Positions 34,850 through 43,981 of a DNA stretch of 64,000 nucleotides are shown piece by piece (within the stretch, counting starts at the first letter, position 1; each line of letters begins with the position of its first letter). The DNA lies in NCBI GenBank assembly GCA_040399625.1, contig JBBARV010000003.1, positions 11,907 through 75,906 on the forward strand. The letters are read 5' to 3'. The notes beneath the pieces were generated by a model. That model saw only the letters and a program-made list of their open reading frames with translations. It made no database searches and had not been told where the DNA came from. Both the position numbers and the translations under genes were made by a program. The stretch is from Candidatus Nanopelagicales bacterium (GTDB lineage Bacteria; Actinomycetota; Actinomycetes; S36-B12).

Positions 34850-36061
34850 GTGATTGAGCGCACATTGCTGATAACCGTCAGTGGAATTGATGCACCAGGA
34901 CTGACCAGTGCAATCTTCGAAGCGATCGTCCCTTCGCCCGTTGTTGTTATTGACATGGAGCAACTTGTCGTCCGGGGGCATTTAACGCTTGCAATTGCCG
35001 TGGAAATTAATTCCACCGTTCTCGATTCTGATGCTCCTGCCGTTCTTAATTCCCTCGACAATGACGTTCGAGTAGCAGCAAGTGCACAAAATATGGAGGT
35101 CACTACTCGTCCGGTAGCAAGACTGGATTCCGATGATTCGCTCGAAAAATTTCAAGTGACGGTTATGGGCTCTCCGTTAACGGCGGAGTGCATCAGCACT
35201 GTGACATCTACGATTGCGGATCACGGTGGAAATCTCGACCGCATACATAGAATCGCGGACTACCCGGTAACCGCGATTCGGTTCGAGGGATCCGGTGTGG
35301 CACCCAGTGCATTAAGACGCCCCCTCGCCGAAGTTTCAGCAAGGTGCCAAGTCGATATCGCGGTCCAAGACGTGGCCTTGGAAGCCCGGGGGCAATACCT
35401 TGTCGTTCTCGATGTCGATTCAACCCTGATTCAAGACGAAGTTGTCGATTTACTCGCTGAGCTAGCCGGCGTTGGCGCCCAGGTCAGTGAAATAACCCGA
35501 GCAGCCATGAACGGAGAAATGGATTTTGCTGCGTCTCTGCTGGCCAGGGTCACACTGCTCGCGGGCTCCCCCGCGCGTCTGCTTGATCAAGTTCGCGAAA
35601 TGGTAACCCTCACTCCTGGCGCTAGAACTTTATGTCGCACGTTGAACCGATTGGGTTATCGCATTGTTTTGGTTTCGGGAGGTTTCACTAATGTGATTGA
35701 ACCAATCGCCAGAGAACTAGGAGTGAGCGCATTTCGCGCAAATACCCTAGAGGTCATTGATGGCAAATTAACGGGAAAGCTAGTAGGACCAATTATTGAC
35801 CGTGAGGGCAAAAGACAGGCGCTCATTGATTTCGCTACTGAGTTCAATATTCCGAAGCGACGAACAATTGCGATCGGCGACGGTGCAAACGACATTGACA
35901 TGATTTCTGAAGCCGGTCTCGGAGTTGCATTCAACGCCAAACTTGCACTTCGTGAGAGTGCTGACACCACCGTGAATGTCCCATACTTGGACTCCGTGCT
36001 GTACCTACTTGGTATTACTCGCGATGAGATCGTCAGATCGGATAGAGAAAAATCAGGTTAG
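34850..36061 (+). CDS. serB: phosphoserine phosphatase with N-terminal ACT domains
   Basis: 403 aa with two ACT-like repeats (LLITVSGIDAPGLTSAIF; FQVTVMGSPL), HAD motif I DVDSTLIQDEV and motif III GDGANDIDM. GTG start. Confidence 0.9.
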   Translation: MIERTLLITVSGIDAPGLTSAIFEAIVPSPVVVIDMEQLVVRGHLTLAIAVEINSTVLDSDAPAVLNSLDNDVRVAASAQNMEVTTRPVARLDSDDSLEKFQVTVMGSPLTAECISTVTSTIADHGGNLDRIHRIADYPVTAIRFEGSGVAPSALRRPLAEVSARCQVDIAVQDVALEARGQYLVVLDVDSTLIQDEVVDLLAELAGVGAQVSEITRAAMNGEMDFAASLLARVTLLAGSPARLLDQVREMVTLTPGARTLCRTLNRLGYRIVLVSGGFTNVIEPIARELGVSAFRANTLEVIDGKLTGKLVGPIIDREGKRQALIDFATEFNIPKRRTIAIGDGANDIDMISEAGLGVAFNAKLALRESADTTVNVPYLDSVLYLLGITRDEIVRSDREKSG

Positions 36062-36822
36062 GAACCCTGAGAATGCATTCCACCATCAACGTGGATCATC
36101 TCGCCACTCGTTGCTGGTAACCAATCTGAAAAAAGCACGACGCAGGCTTGGGCTGCGGCCGTAGGGTCGCTGACATCCCAACCAAGGGGTGCACGTTCTT
36201 GCCAAATGTTCTCGAATTCTTCAAAACCCGGAATACTCTTGGCCGCCATGGTCCGAATGGGTCCAGCAGCAACAAGATTTACCCTGATGCCCAGCGGGCC
36301 TAAATCCCTTGCCAGATACCTCGACGTGCTTTCAAGAGCCGCCTTTGCCACACCCATCCAGTCATAAGTTGGCCAGGCGACCGTGGCATCAAAATCAAGT
36401 CCAACGATTGAACTCCCACGGCCAAGCAATGGCTGACATGCAACCGCCAAAGACTTAAATGAAAATGTTGAAATATGCATTGCTGTGGATACGTCATCCC
36501 ATGGAGTGTGGAGAAAATTCCCACCTAAAGCGCTTTCAGGAGCAAAACCAATTGAATGTAAGACTCCATCCAAATGCGGCACGTGCTCGAGTACTCGATC
36601 GGCGAGGGCATCTAGGTCTTCTTGCGAGGTCACGTCAAGCTCGACGATTGCGACCTCCTTAGGGAGGCGTGCAGCACTGCGCTTCGTCAATGACATCGTT
36701 CGGCCAAATGAAGTCAATACGACATTGGCGCCCTGCTCTTGCGCCAGTCGTGCAACATGAAATGCAATTGATTGATCTGTAAGCACACCCGTGATTAGAA
36801 TATTTTTGTCTTTTAGCAACAT
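36058..36822 (-). CDS. fabI: enoyl-[acyl-carrier-protein] reductase (NADH), InhA/FabI type
   Basis: LLKDKNILITGVLTDQSIAFHVARLAQEQGANVVLT is very close to the InhA N-terminus as I recall it. 254 aa, downstream of fabG. Confidence 0.9.
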   Translation of the reverse strand: MLLKDKNILITGVLTDQSIAFHVARLAQEQGANVVLTSFGRTMSLTKRSAARLPKEVAIVELDVTSQEDLDALADRVLEHVPHLDGVLHSIGFAPESALGGNFLHTPWDDVSTAMHISTFSFKSLAVACQPLLGRGSSIVGLDFDATVAWPTYDWMGVAKAALESTSRYLARDLGPLGIRVNLVAAGPIRTMAAKSIPGFEEFENIWQERAPLGWDVSDPTAAAQACVVLFSDWLPATSGEMIHVDGGMHSQGS

Positions 36823-36830
36823 GACTCTCC

Positions 36831-37550
36831 TCAGTGTCCCATTCCAAGCCCACCATCAACCGGAATAACTGCGCCAGATACATATGCGCCCTCCCGCGAG
36901 ACGAGAAACTTAATTACCTCTGCAACCTCACTCGGTTCACCGTAGCGACCGGCTGGAATCGTGCCCAAAATTGTTTTCCTGGTACTTTCATCAAGTGCTG
37001 ATGTCATATCGGTGTCAATAAAACCCGGTGCGACGACATTGATAGTTATGCCCCGGCTTGCCACTTCACGGGTAAGTGAACGTGCTGCTCCAATCAGCCC
37101 CGCCTTGGAAGCCGCGTAATTCACTTGACCCGCACTTCCTAATAAACCAACAACGGAAGACACGAAAATTATCCGTCCATTTTTTGCTTTGATCATCGGA
37201 CGTAGCACTCGGCGAGCCAATCGAATTGATCCCATCAAATTAGTATTTATCGTGTCATCGATATCGGCATCACTCATCCGCATCAGTAAAGAGTCCCGGG
37301 TAATTCCGGCGTTAGCGATCAGTATTTCAATTGGACCAAATTTTTCTTCAATGTCGCTGATCGCACTCTCAATTGAACCGGCGTCGCTCACGTCGATGCG
37401 AACGCTGAATACGTCCTGATTCGGGCCCACCTCACCGGTTCGTGAGCCAATCACGACTTGATACCCGGCTGCGGAAAGCACATGTGCCGTTGCGGCACCT
37501 ATCCCCCGATTTCCACCTGTGATGAAGGCAATGCCTAACTTCTCGCCCAC
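36831..37550 (-). CDS. fabG: 3-oxoacyl-[acyl-carrier-protein] reductase (MabA/FabG type)
   Basis: 239-aa SDR with TGGNRGIG and YAASKAG. GTG start directly abutting the dodecin stop. Confidence 0.88.
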   Translation of the reverse strand: MGEKLGIAFITGGNRGIGAATAHVLSAAGYQVVIGSRTGEVGPNQDVFSVRIDVSDAGSIESAISDIEEKFGPIEILIANAGITRDSLLMRMSDADIDDTINTNLMGSIRLARRVLRPMIKAKNGRIIFVSSVVGLLGSAGQVNYAASKAGLIGAARSLTREVASRGITINVVAPGFIDTDMTSALDESTRKTILGTIPAGRYGEPSEVAEVIKFLVSREGAYVSGAVIPVDGGLGMGH

Positions 37551-37763
37551 CTACTGATCCTCGAGCCGATAACCAACTCGCACCGTGACCTGAAAATGAT
37601 CTACCCCATTTTCTCTCACATATCCACGGATCTGATCCACCTCGAACCAGTCAACGTGCTTGTGGAGCTCACCGGCCCGTTGCACGGCATTTCGAATCGC
37701 GGTGTCCAGAGATTGAGGGGACGTGCCGACAATCGTGGCGATCCCGTAACTTCGGTCGGTCAT
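37551..37763 (-). CDS. dodecin-family flavin-binding protein
   Basis: 70 aa. SYGIATIVGTSPQSLDTAIRNAV...WFEV...FQVTVRVGY is the typical bacterial dodecin pattern. AAGGAG SD upstream. Confidence 0.85.
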   Translation of the reverse strand: MTDRSYGIATIVGTSPQSLDTAIRNAVQRAGELHKHVDWFEVDQIRGYVRENGVDHFQVTVRVGYRLEDQ

Positions 37764-37804
37764 GGTGCTCCTTTAGTCAGATCGCGCTTGTTCGGCAATG
37801 GGCT

Positions 37805-37810
37805 TAGGCT
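37805..37810 (+). promoter_or_regulatory. -10-like TAGGCT, 6 nt before ATG 37817 (DUF3099); leaderless-type layout
   Basis: TAGGCT-agcgcc-ATG. Confidence 0.45.
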
Positions 37811-37816
37811 AGCGCC

Positions 37817-38131
37817 ATGGCACCGGAGGTTTACACCATCACCGCGACTAATCGCGCTCTGAGCAGTGAACAGTCAGGTCGAACGAAAAGGTATCTCATC
37901 TCAATGGGGATCAGGACAGCGTGCGTTCTGGCAGCGATCGTCGTCCCGGGTTGGCCCAAATGGTTTTTCATCGCAGGAGCCGTTGTTCTCCCTTATTTGG
38001 CGGTTGTGATCGCAAATGCCGGCCGCGGGAATGATGATCCGGGCGCAATGGGGGTGACCGCCGTGGCACTACCGAGTGCGGCCTCGGCTCAAGAATATGA
38101 GCGTCGGATTTCTCGCTCCATCGAAAAATAG
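37817..38131 (+). CDS. DUF3099-family small membrane protein
   Basis: 104 aa with two TM helices (RYLISMGIRTACVLAAIVV; WFFIAGAVVLPYLAVVIANAGR). Confidence 0.7.
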   Translation: MAPEVYTITATNRALSSEQSGRTKRYLISMGIRTACVLAAIVVPGWPKWFFIAGAVVLPYLAVVIANAGRGNDDPGAMGVTAVALPSAASAQEYERRISRSIEK

Positions 38132-38180
38132 CAACTATGTGAAGGTCGTTCCTGCCCCTCCAGCCGCATCCCAAGTGGAA

Positions 38181-38186
38181 TAAGGT
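38181..38186 (+). promoter_or_regulatory. TAAGGT, 5 nt before GTG 38192 (SURF1): -10 of a leaderless promoter or an AAGGTGA SD
   Basis: TAAGGT-gaagt-GTG. Ambiguous, because AAGGTGA also resembles a Shine-Dalgarno sequence. Confidence 0.3.
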
Positions 38187-38191
38187 GAAGT

Positions 38192-38896
38192 GTGCTCGCC
38201 CTCCTTAAGACCCGGCGATGGATTGGGTTCACTTCCATTGTGATCCTGTCCATTATTGGTTTTGGGCTTCTGAGCCATTGGCAGTGGAACAGGGCCGATC
38301 AACAACGCGCGGCACGTCTTTCGATCTCAGAGGCGCAGGTATTACAGGATGTCGATTCAGTCAATGATCTGGCCGAATTCACCAGGGTTCGAATCGCAGG
38401 TACTTTCGACAACCAAGACACTGCCTTAGTCCGCCAGCGGCCACTGGACGGCGGTAACGGCTACTGGGTAATGACGCCGCTGGATACAAGCCTTGGTACC
38501 CGGATCTGGGTTATTCGTGGTTGGGTGGGAGCTTCCACCGTTGCTACGGAAGTTCCTGCCGTGCCGCCAGCTCCAATGGGCCCCACACTCGTTAATGGCG
38601 CAATACGACCCTTTGAGGCGCCTCTTGCGGAGGTGTACGGGCTACCAGAGGGAGTTATAGCCAAGATGTCCGTGAACGAATTAACGACTCCAGGATTTAC
38701 AAACCCAATCGATAACCGGGTCGTACAACTAATCACTTCAACGCCGCCTGCCGGGGAGATCGTGACTTTGCCATTACCAGAAGTGGATGAAGTTCAAAAT
38801 GTTTCATACGCGGTGCAGTGGATCCTTTTCGCGCTGGTTGCGATCATTGGTTGGTTTGTTTTCCTCAAACGGGAAGCAAAAACACCTAACGAGTAA
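38192..38896 (+). CDS. SURF1-family cytochrome oxidase assembly protein
   Basis: 234 aa with N- and C-terminal TM helices, HWQWNRA near the N-terminus and a WV(M/I)TP...RGW core. Confidence 0.8.
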   Translation: MLALLKTRRWIGFTSIVILSIIGFGLLSHWQWNRADQQRAARLSISEAQVLQDVDSVNDLAEFTRVRIAGTFDNQDTALVRQRPLDGGNGYWVMTPLDTSLGTRIWVIRGWVGASTVATEVPAVPPAPMGPTLVNGAIRPFEAPLAEVYGLPEGVIAKMSVNELTTPGFTNPIDNRVVQLITSTPPAGEIVTLPLPEVDEVQNVSYAVQWILFALVAIIGWFVFLKREAKTPNE

Positions 38897-40748
38897 ATTG
38901 TGTTTCATACAGGTCTGAGTAGACGCCGCCTTCGGCAAGCAGCTGCTCATGTGTGCCACGTTGCACAATTTGACCGTCAACCACCACCAGAATCTGATGG
39001 GCTCCCCTAATTGTTGACAGTCGGTGTGCAATAACCACCGAGGTTCGGCCACTCAATGCATTATCAAGTGCCTGATGAACAGCCCGCTCACTTTCACTGT
39101 CTAAGTGGGCGGTGGCTTCGTCAAGGATTACGACTCGAGGTGATTTCAAAAGCAAACGAGCCAAAGCTATTCGTTGTTTCTCGCCACCGGATAGCCGATA
39201 ACCGCGATCACCAACGACTGTGTCCAGACCCTCGGGTAGAGAAGAAATCATATTCCAGATTTGTGCATCGATACAGGCCTGCTGAACTTCTTCGATTGAT
39301 GCATCAGGCTTTGCATAGAGTAAATTTGAACCGATGGTGTCATGAAACATATGGGAGTCTTGGGTGACTACGCCGAGGGCATCACGAAGTGATTCAAAAC
39401 TCACATCACGGATGTCCTCCCCGCCGACTCTAATTTGTCCATTCACTGGGTCATATAACCTGGATAGGAGTGCAGTGATGGTGGTTTTACCGGCACCCGA
39501 CGGACCAACTAGTGCTGTCAGCGTCCCAGCATCAACTTCAAAACTAACGTCACGTAATACCGGCTCTTCTCCCCCGGCTGAATCCGTGCGTGCGATTGAT
39601 TCAAGTGAAGCCAGACTCACTTCACTGGCCTTTGGATACGTGAAATCAACATGATCAAAACTGACGGACAGCGGCCCGCCTGGTAACTCTTTCGCATCAG
39701 GTGATTCGACGACAAGTGGTTGCAAATCAAGTACTTCGAACACACGATCAAACGAAACGAGTGCAGTCATGACGTCAACCCGCACATTGGAAATGGCCGT
39801 CAACGGTCCGTAAAGTTGCGCGAGCAAACCGACGAGCGCCAGCAATGTTCCCAATGAGATTGCGCCGGTGATTACTAAGTTACCACCGAGACCATAAGTC
39901 ACGGCCGTTGCAAGAGCAGCAACAAGAGTCAATGCGGTGAAGAACCAACGGTTGGCCATTGCGATCTTGATACCGGAGTCACGAACGACCCTTGCCCGGT
40001 CGCTAAATACTTGTGCTTCCTCATTCGGGCGACCAAATAGTTTGACGAGAAGTGCGCCAGCAACGTTGAATCGCTCGGTCATTTGGTTGCTCATTAAGGC
40101 ATTGACACTCATTTGGGTGCGAGTCATGGATTGAAGTCGACGCCCCATGTATCGAGCAGGCAGTAAAAAGAGTGGCACCAGAATTAGCGAGGCGAGAGTG
40201 ATTTGCCACGACAGAATGAACATGGTAATCAAGACAATGATCAGTGAGATCATGTTGCCGAGAACCCCACCGAGAGTTGACGTGAAGGCTTGTTGAGCGC
40301 CGATTACATCATTATTCAAGCGTGAGATCAGAGCACCAGTTTGAGCGCGGGTAAAAAATGCAATGCTTTGGGATTGCACGTGGTCGTACACCTCATTACG
40401 GAGGTCAAAAATAAGGCCTTCTCCGATTCGAGCCGAGTAATAGCGGCTCACAACCCCCAAACCTGCGTCTGCAATGGCTAGCAAGGCGATAAACACAGCC
40501 GTCCAGGTCACGAGAGAAGCGTCGCCCGGTGTGATTCCCTGATCAATTATTCGACGAAAGAGTAGCGGTTGGGCGACACTCAATAGAGATGCGAAAACCA
40601 ACGTTATGAGAAAAAATGTGATGAGCGTTTTATAGGGTTTTGCGTAGCCAAGGATCCGCATGACAGTTTCTCTGCTGATTTTATTGTCTTTGACAGACGA
40701 ATCTCGTGTCAGTGACCGGTACATCATCCATGCGTTTTCCATTGACAC
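38886..40748 (-). CDS. ABC exporter, fused permease/ATPase (type I exporter fold)
   Basis: 620 aa with a six-TM domain, then Walker A GPSGAGKTT, signature LSGGEKQR and Walker B VILDEATAHLD. Substrate unknown. Confidence 0.88.
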   Translation of the reverse strand: MSMENAWMMYRSLTRDSSVKDNKISRETVMRILGYAKPYKTLITFFLITLVFASLLSVAQPLLFRRIIDQGITPGDASLVTWTAVFIALLAIADAGLGVVSRYYSARIGEGLIFDLRNEVYDHVQSQSIAFFTRAQTGALISRLNNDVIGAQQAFTSTLGGVLGNMISLIIVLITMFILSWQITLASLILVPLFLLPARYMGRRLQSMTRTQMSVNALMSNQMTERFNVAGALLVKLFGRPNEEAQVFSDRARVVRDSGIKIAMANRWFFTALTLVAALATAVTYGLGGNLVITGAISLGTLLALVGLLAQLYGPLTAISNVRVDVMTALVSFDRVFEVLDLQPLVVESPDAKELPGGPLSVSFDHVDFTYPKASEVSLASLESIARTDSAGGEEPVLRDVSFEVDAGTLTALVGPSGAGKTTITALLSRLYDPVNGQIRVGGEDIRDVSFESLRDALGVVTQDSHMFHDTIGSNLLYAKPDASIEEVQQACIDAQIWNMISSLPEGLDTVVGDRGYRLSGGEKQRIALARLLLKSPRVVILDEATAHLDSESERAVHQALDNALSGRTSVVIAHRLSTIRGAHQILVVVDGQIVQRGTHEQLLAEGGVYSDLYETQFTR

Positions 40749-40805
40749 GAACTTTTCTCCGAACTAATAATTAAATCAATAATGATGATTTTTGCTTACG
40801 AATAT

Positions 40806-41561
40806 TCAGTGTTGGGACATGAGCGCGTGGAGGTGTCGCAGCCGTTTTGTCTGTGAACGGCGTTCGGCAACCCAAGGCTCCTCGCCGTAGGCTATTCCAG
40901 CCAACATTGATTTTGCATCTACGAGCGCTTCCGGCATTACCGCTCGTAGGGGATCAATGAGTTGACTGAGTCCTACATCCAGATCATCGGTCACCGCAAT
41001 CACCAAGCCAAGTTTGAGTGCTTCATCTGCAGTAATCGAACGTCCACTCCCAATGAGTTCTAGGCTCCTGCGGTACCCGATTGTTTCCATGAATCGAACC
41101 GTGCCACCGAGATCGGGGGTAAGCCCCCATTGGGTTTCCTTGAGAGCAAACTGGGCACTTGGTTGCGCAATAATGAGATCACACGCGAGGGCGAGCTGGA
41201 ATCCAGCACCGATTGCGTGACCCTGAACGAGGGCGACACTTATTTGCGGCAAATCGCGTAGGACCCGAAAAAAGCGCTGGTAATGCGCGATTGTGTCGTC
41301 GAGTTCAGTATCGCTTTGCACAGCCATTTCCATGAATGATGGCTGGCCTGCTATTCCCTCAGCGGTGAACATCGCACGGTCAAGGCCAGCCGAGAAGGAC
41401 TTACCATTGCCCCGTAGGACAATGAATCGAGCCGGTCCGGGGACGTTCACACTGATGTTGTAGAGCTCTTCCCATGTTTCAGGGGTTTGTGCATTTCGTT
41501 TGTCTGGGTCGTTGAGAGTGATTGTGAAAACGTCATCAGCGATGTCAGTCAGGATTTCCAT
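40806..41561 (-). CDS. enoyl-CoA hydratase/isomerase (crotonase) family protein
   Basis: 251 aa of crotonase fold (RGNGKSFSAGLD...VQGHAIGAGFQLALACD). Confidence 0.85.
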   Translation of the reverse strand: MEILTDIADDVFTITLNDPDKRNAQTPETWEELYNISVNVPGPARFIVLRGNGKSFSAGLDRAMFTAEGIAGQPSFMEMAVQSDTELDDTIAHYQRFFRVLRDLPQISVALVQGHAIGAGFQLALACDLIIAQPSAQFALKETQWGLTPDLGGTVRFMETIGYRRSLELIGSGRSITADEALKLGLVIAVTDDLDVGLSQLIDPLRAVMPEALVDAKSMLAGIAYGEEPWVAERRSQTKRLRHLHALMSQH

Positions 41562-41565
41562 GACT

Positions 41566-43170
41566 TTAGGCTAACTCAATGAGTTCGATGTAGGACTCAC
41601 TCCACAGGTCTTCATCACCGTCAGGCAGGATTAGGACCCTTTCCGGATTCAGGGCTCGAACGGCGCCAGGATCATGTGTCACCAGGACGACTGCACCCTC
41701 ATAGAGTGAAAGCGCATTGAGAACTTCGGCGCGACTTGCTGGATCAAGGTTGTTCGTCGGCTCATCGAGTAGAAGAACATTAGACCCCGAAACAACCAAA
41801 CAGGCCAGCGCTAAACGAGTTTTTTCACCGCCGGAGAGAACACCTGTCGGTTTGTGAACCGAATCCCCTTGGAAAAGGAAAGAACCTAGAACGGTCCGCT
41901 GCTGTGTGTCATTGAGATGTGAACCAGCAGAGGCCATGGTTTGCCACACTGTTGCGGTTGGATCCAGAGTTTCATGCTCCTGAGCGTAATATCCAACGAC
42001 TGCACCATGTCCAAGTTCCCTCGAACCAGTGTCAGGTGGGTCAATTCCAGCCAAAATTCGCAGCATTGTAGTTTTCCCGGCACCGTTGAGACCCAAGATC
42101 ACCACCTTGCTGCCTCGATCAATTGCCAAATTCACATCCGTGAAAACTTCGAGGCTCCCGTAACTACGGGACAGGTTCTCGGCCATCAATGGAACCCGAC
42201 CGCACGCTTTCGGCGTGGGGAACCTTAGTTTTGCCACATTGTCTTTCAGTTGGACCGTTGCAGTTTCGGCCATGAGGCGATCGGCTCGTTTGAACATCGA
42301 TTGCGCGGCCTTCGCCTTTGAGGCTTTTGCCCGCATCTTTTCGGCCGTCTTGCGCAAACTATCCGCTTGGGTTTCCGCATTTTTGCGTTCGCGCTTTCTC
42401 CTTTTCTCATCAGTCTCGCGTGCCAGCAGATACTTATTCCAGCCCATGGAGTAAAGGTCGATTTCCTGACGATTCGCGTCAAGGTGCCACACTTTATTTA
42501 CCGTATCTTCGAGTAATTCAGTGTCGTGACTGATCACGATGAAACCACCTTCATAGGCTGCAAGGTATTTGCGCAACCAACGAATGGAATCTGCATCAAG
42601 GTGGTTGGTGGGTTCGTCGAGCAGCAAAACATCAGCGTCTGAGAATAGGATCCGCGTCAACTCAACACGTCTGCGCTGACCACCGGAAAGGGTTCCCAAC
42701 GGCTGGCTCAATATTCGCTCATCCAGGCCGATGCTTGCGGCGATGGTTGCTGCCTCTGATTCAGCCGTATATCCGCCAAGACCCTCAAATTCGCCCAGCG
42801 CACGGTTATAGCGATCACCAGCCTTATCAAAATCCTCCGCGCTGATACCTGGCACCGCCATGGCCTCCGCTGCTTTTGTCATGCGGATTGAGACCGCGTC
42901 AAGCCCTCGAGCACTGAGAACCCGAGAGCTCGCCAATTGGGTGGGGTCCGCGGTGCGGGGGTCCTGAGGCAAGTAACCCACGGTGCCCGTCATTTTGACA
43001 CTTCCGCTAGCGGGCGCGGCTTCACTGGCTAAAACACGGGTCAGAGTTGTCTTCCCAGCACCGTTTCTCCCCACGAGGCCAATCCGATCACCTTTATCGA
43101 CCCTGAGCATCGGGGCGGTGAGTAAGAGTTCTGATCCTGCGCGTAATTCAATTTCGGAAGCAGCGATCAT
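41566..43170 (-). CDS. ABC-F family ATPase (two NBDs, no TMD)
   Basis: 534 aa with GRNGAGKTT / LSGGQRRR and GLNGAGKTT / LSGGEKTR, joined by a charged linker (EKRRKRERKNAETQ). Confidence 0.9.
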   Translation of the reverse strand: MIAASEIELRAGSELLLTAPMLRVDKGDRIGLVGRNGAGKTTLTRVLASEAAPASGSVKMTGTVGYLPQDPRTADPTQLASSRVLSARGLDAVSIRMTKAAEAMAVPGISAEDFDKAGDRYNRALGEFEGLGGYTAESEAATIAASIGLDERILSQPLGTLSGGQRRRVELTRILFSDADVLLLDEPTNHLDADSIRWLRKYLAAYEGGFIVISHDTELLEDTVNKVWHLDANRQEIDLYSMGWNKYLLARETDEKRRKRERKNAETQADSLRKTAEKMRAKASKAKAAQSMFKRADRLMAETATVQLKDNVAKLRFPTPKACGRVPLMAENLSRSYGSLEVFTDVNLAIDRGSKVVILGLNGAGKTTMLRILAGIDPPDTGSRELGHGAVVGYYAQEHETLDPTATVWQTMASAGSHLNDTQQRTVLGSFLFQGDSVHKPTGVLSGGEKTRLALACLVVSGSNVLLLDEPTNNLDPASRAEVLNALSLYEGAVVLVTHDPGAVRALNPERVLILPDGDEDLWSESYIELIELA

Positions 43171-43207
43171 GGCTAGCGCAGTCTAGTCCCTGCACCCATG
43201 AACTGAT

Positions 43208-43519
43208 TCAGACGTTGAACCCCAGGGAACGCAACATGTCCCGGCCATCGTCGGTGATCTTGTCCGGTCCCCATGGTGGCATCCAAACCCAGTTAATTTT
43301 GAAATCGGCCACAATTGAATCCAGTGCACTCCGTGTTTGATCCTCGATCACATCAGTCAGTGGACACGCCGCTGAGGTCAGAGTCATATCAACCGTGGCG
43401 GTGTTGTTCTCATCCACGGTCACACCGTAAACCAAGCCCAGATCAACGACATTAATTCCCAATTCGGGGTCAATGACATCTTTCATTGCCTCAATGACGT
43501 CTTCATCGGTTACTGCCAT
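43208..43519 (-). CDS. sufT: SufT-like metal-sulfur cluster assembly factor (DUF59/MIP18)
   Basis: 103 aa with DPELGINVVDLGLVY...LTSAACPL. It is the last gene of the suf operon. Confidence 0.85.
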   Translation of the reverse strand: MAVTDEDVIEAMKDVIDPELGINVVDLGLVYGVTVDENNTATVDMTLTSAACPLTDVIEDQTRSALDSIVADFKINWVWMPPWGPDKITDDGRDMLRSLGFNV

Positions 43520-43522
43520 GAT

Positions 43523-43981
43523 TTATCCATTTCGTATAGTAGTTGCGGCGGTCAACTTCGCTTTTATTTGAGCATCGGACAGAGCCATCCATGAAATTAA
43601 GGCGCACTTGATACGTGCAGGATACTTGGAAACACCAGCAAATGCGATCGCGTCCTCAAGTATCTCCTCGTCTGGTTCAAGCTGTCCTTTGGACTTCATG
43701 AGTTCCATGAAAGCCGCCTGAATCGGCGCTGCTTCTTCAGGCGTCTTCCCGTTCACCAGCTCACTCATCACACTGGCACTTGCCTGTGAAATCGAGCAAC
43801 CCTGACCATCATAGGAAACCAACAATGTGCCATCGGGACTTTGACCAACATCTACAGTAATTTCGTCACCGCAAGTTGGGTTTACTTGGTGACTTTGGGC
43901 CAGGGAATCGATGACAACTTTTTTGCCCCGAGGATTTTTGTAGTGATCGAGGATTATCTCCTGATATAGATCTTCACTCAT
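43523..43981 (-). CDS. sufU: SufU-type Fe-S cluster assembly sulfur transfer protein
   Basis: 152 aa with NPTCGDEI, GQGCSISQASAS and RIKCAL. Confidence 0.9.
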   Translation of the reverse strand: MSEDLYQEIILDHYKNPRGKKVVIDSLAQSHQVNPTCGDEITVDVGQSPDGTLLVSYDGQGCSISQASASVMSELVNGKTPEEAAPIQAAFMELMKSKGQLEPDEEILEDAIAFAGVSKYPARIKCALISWMALSDAQIKAKLTAATTIRNG

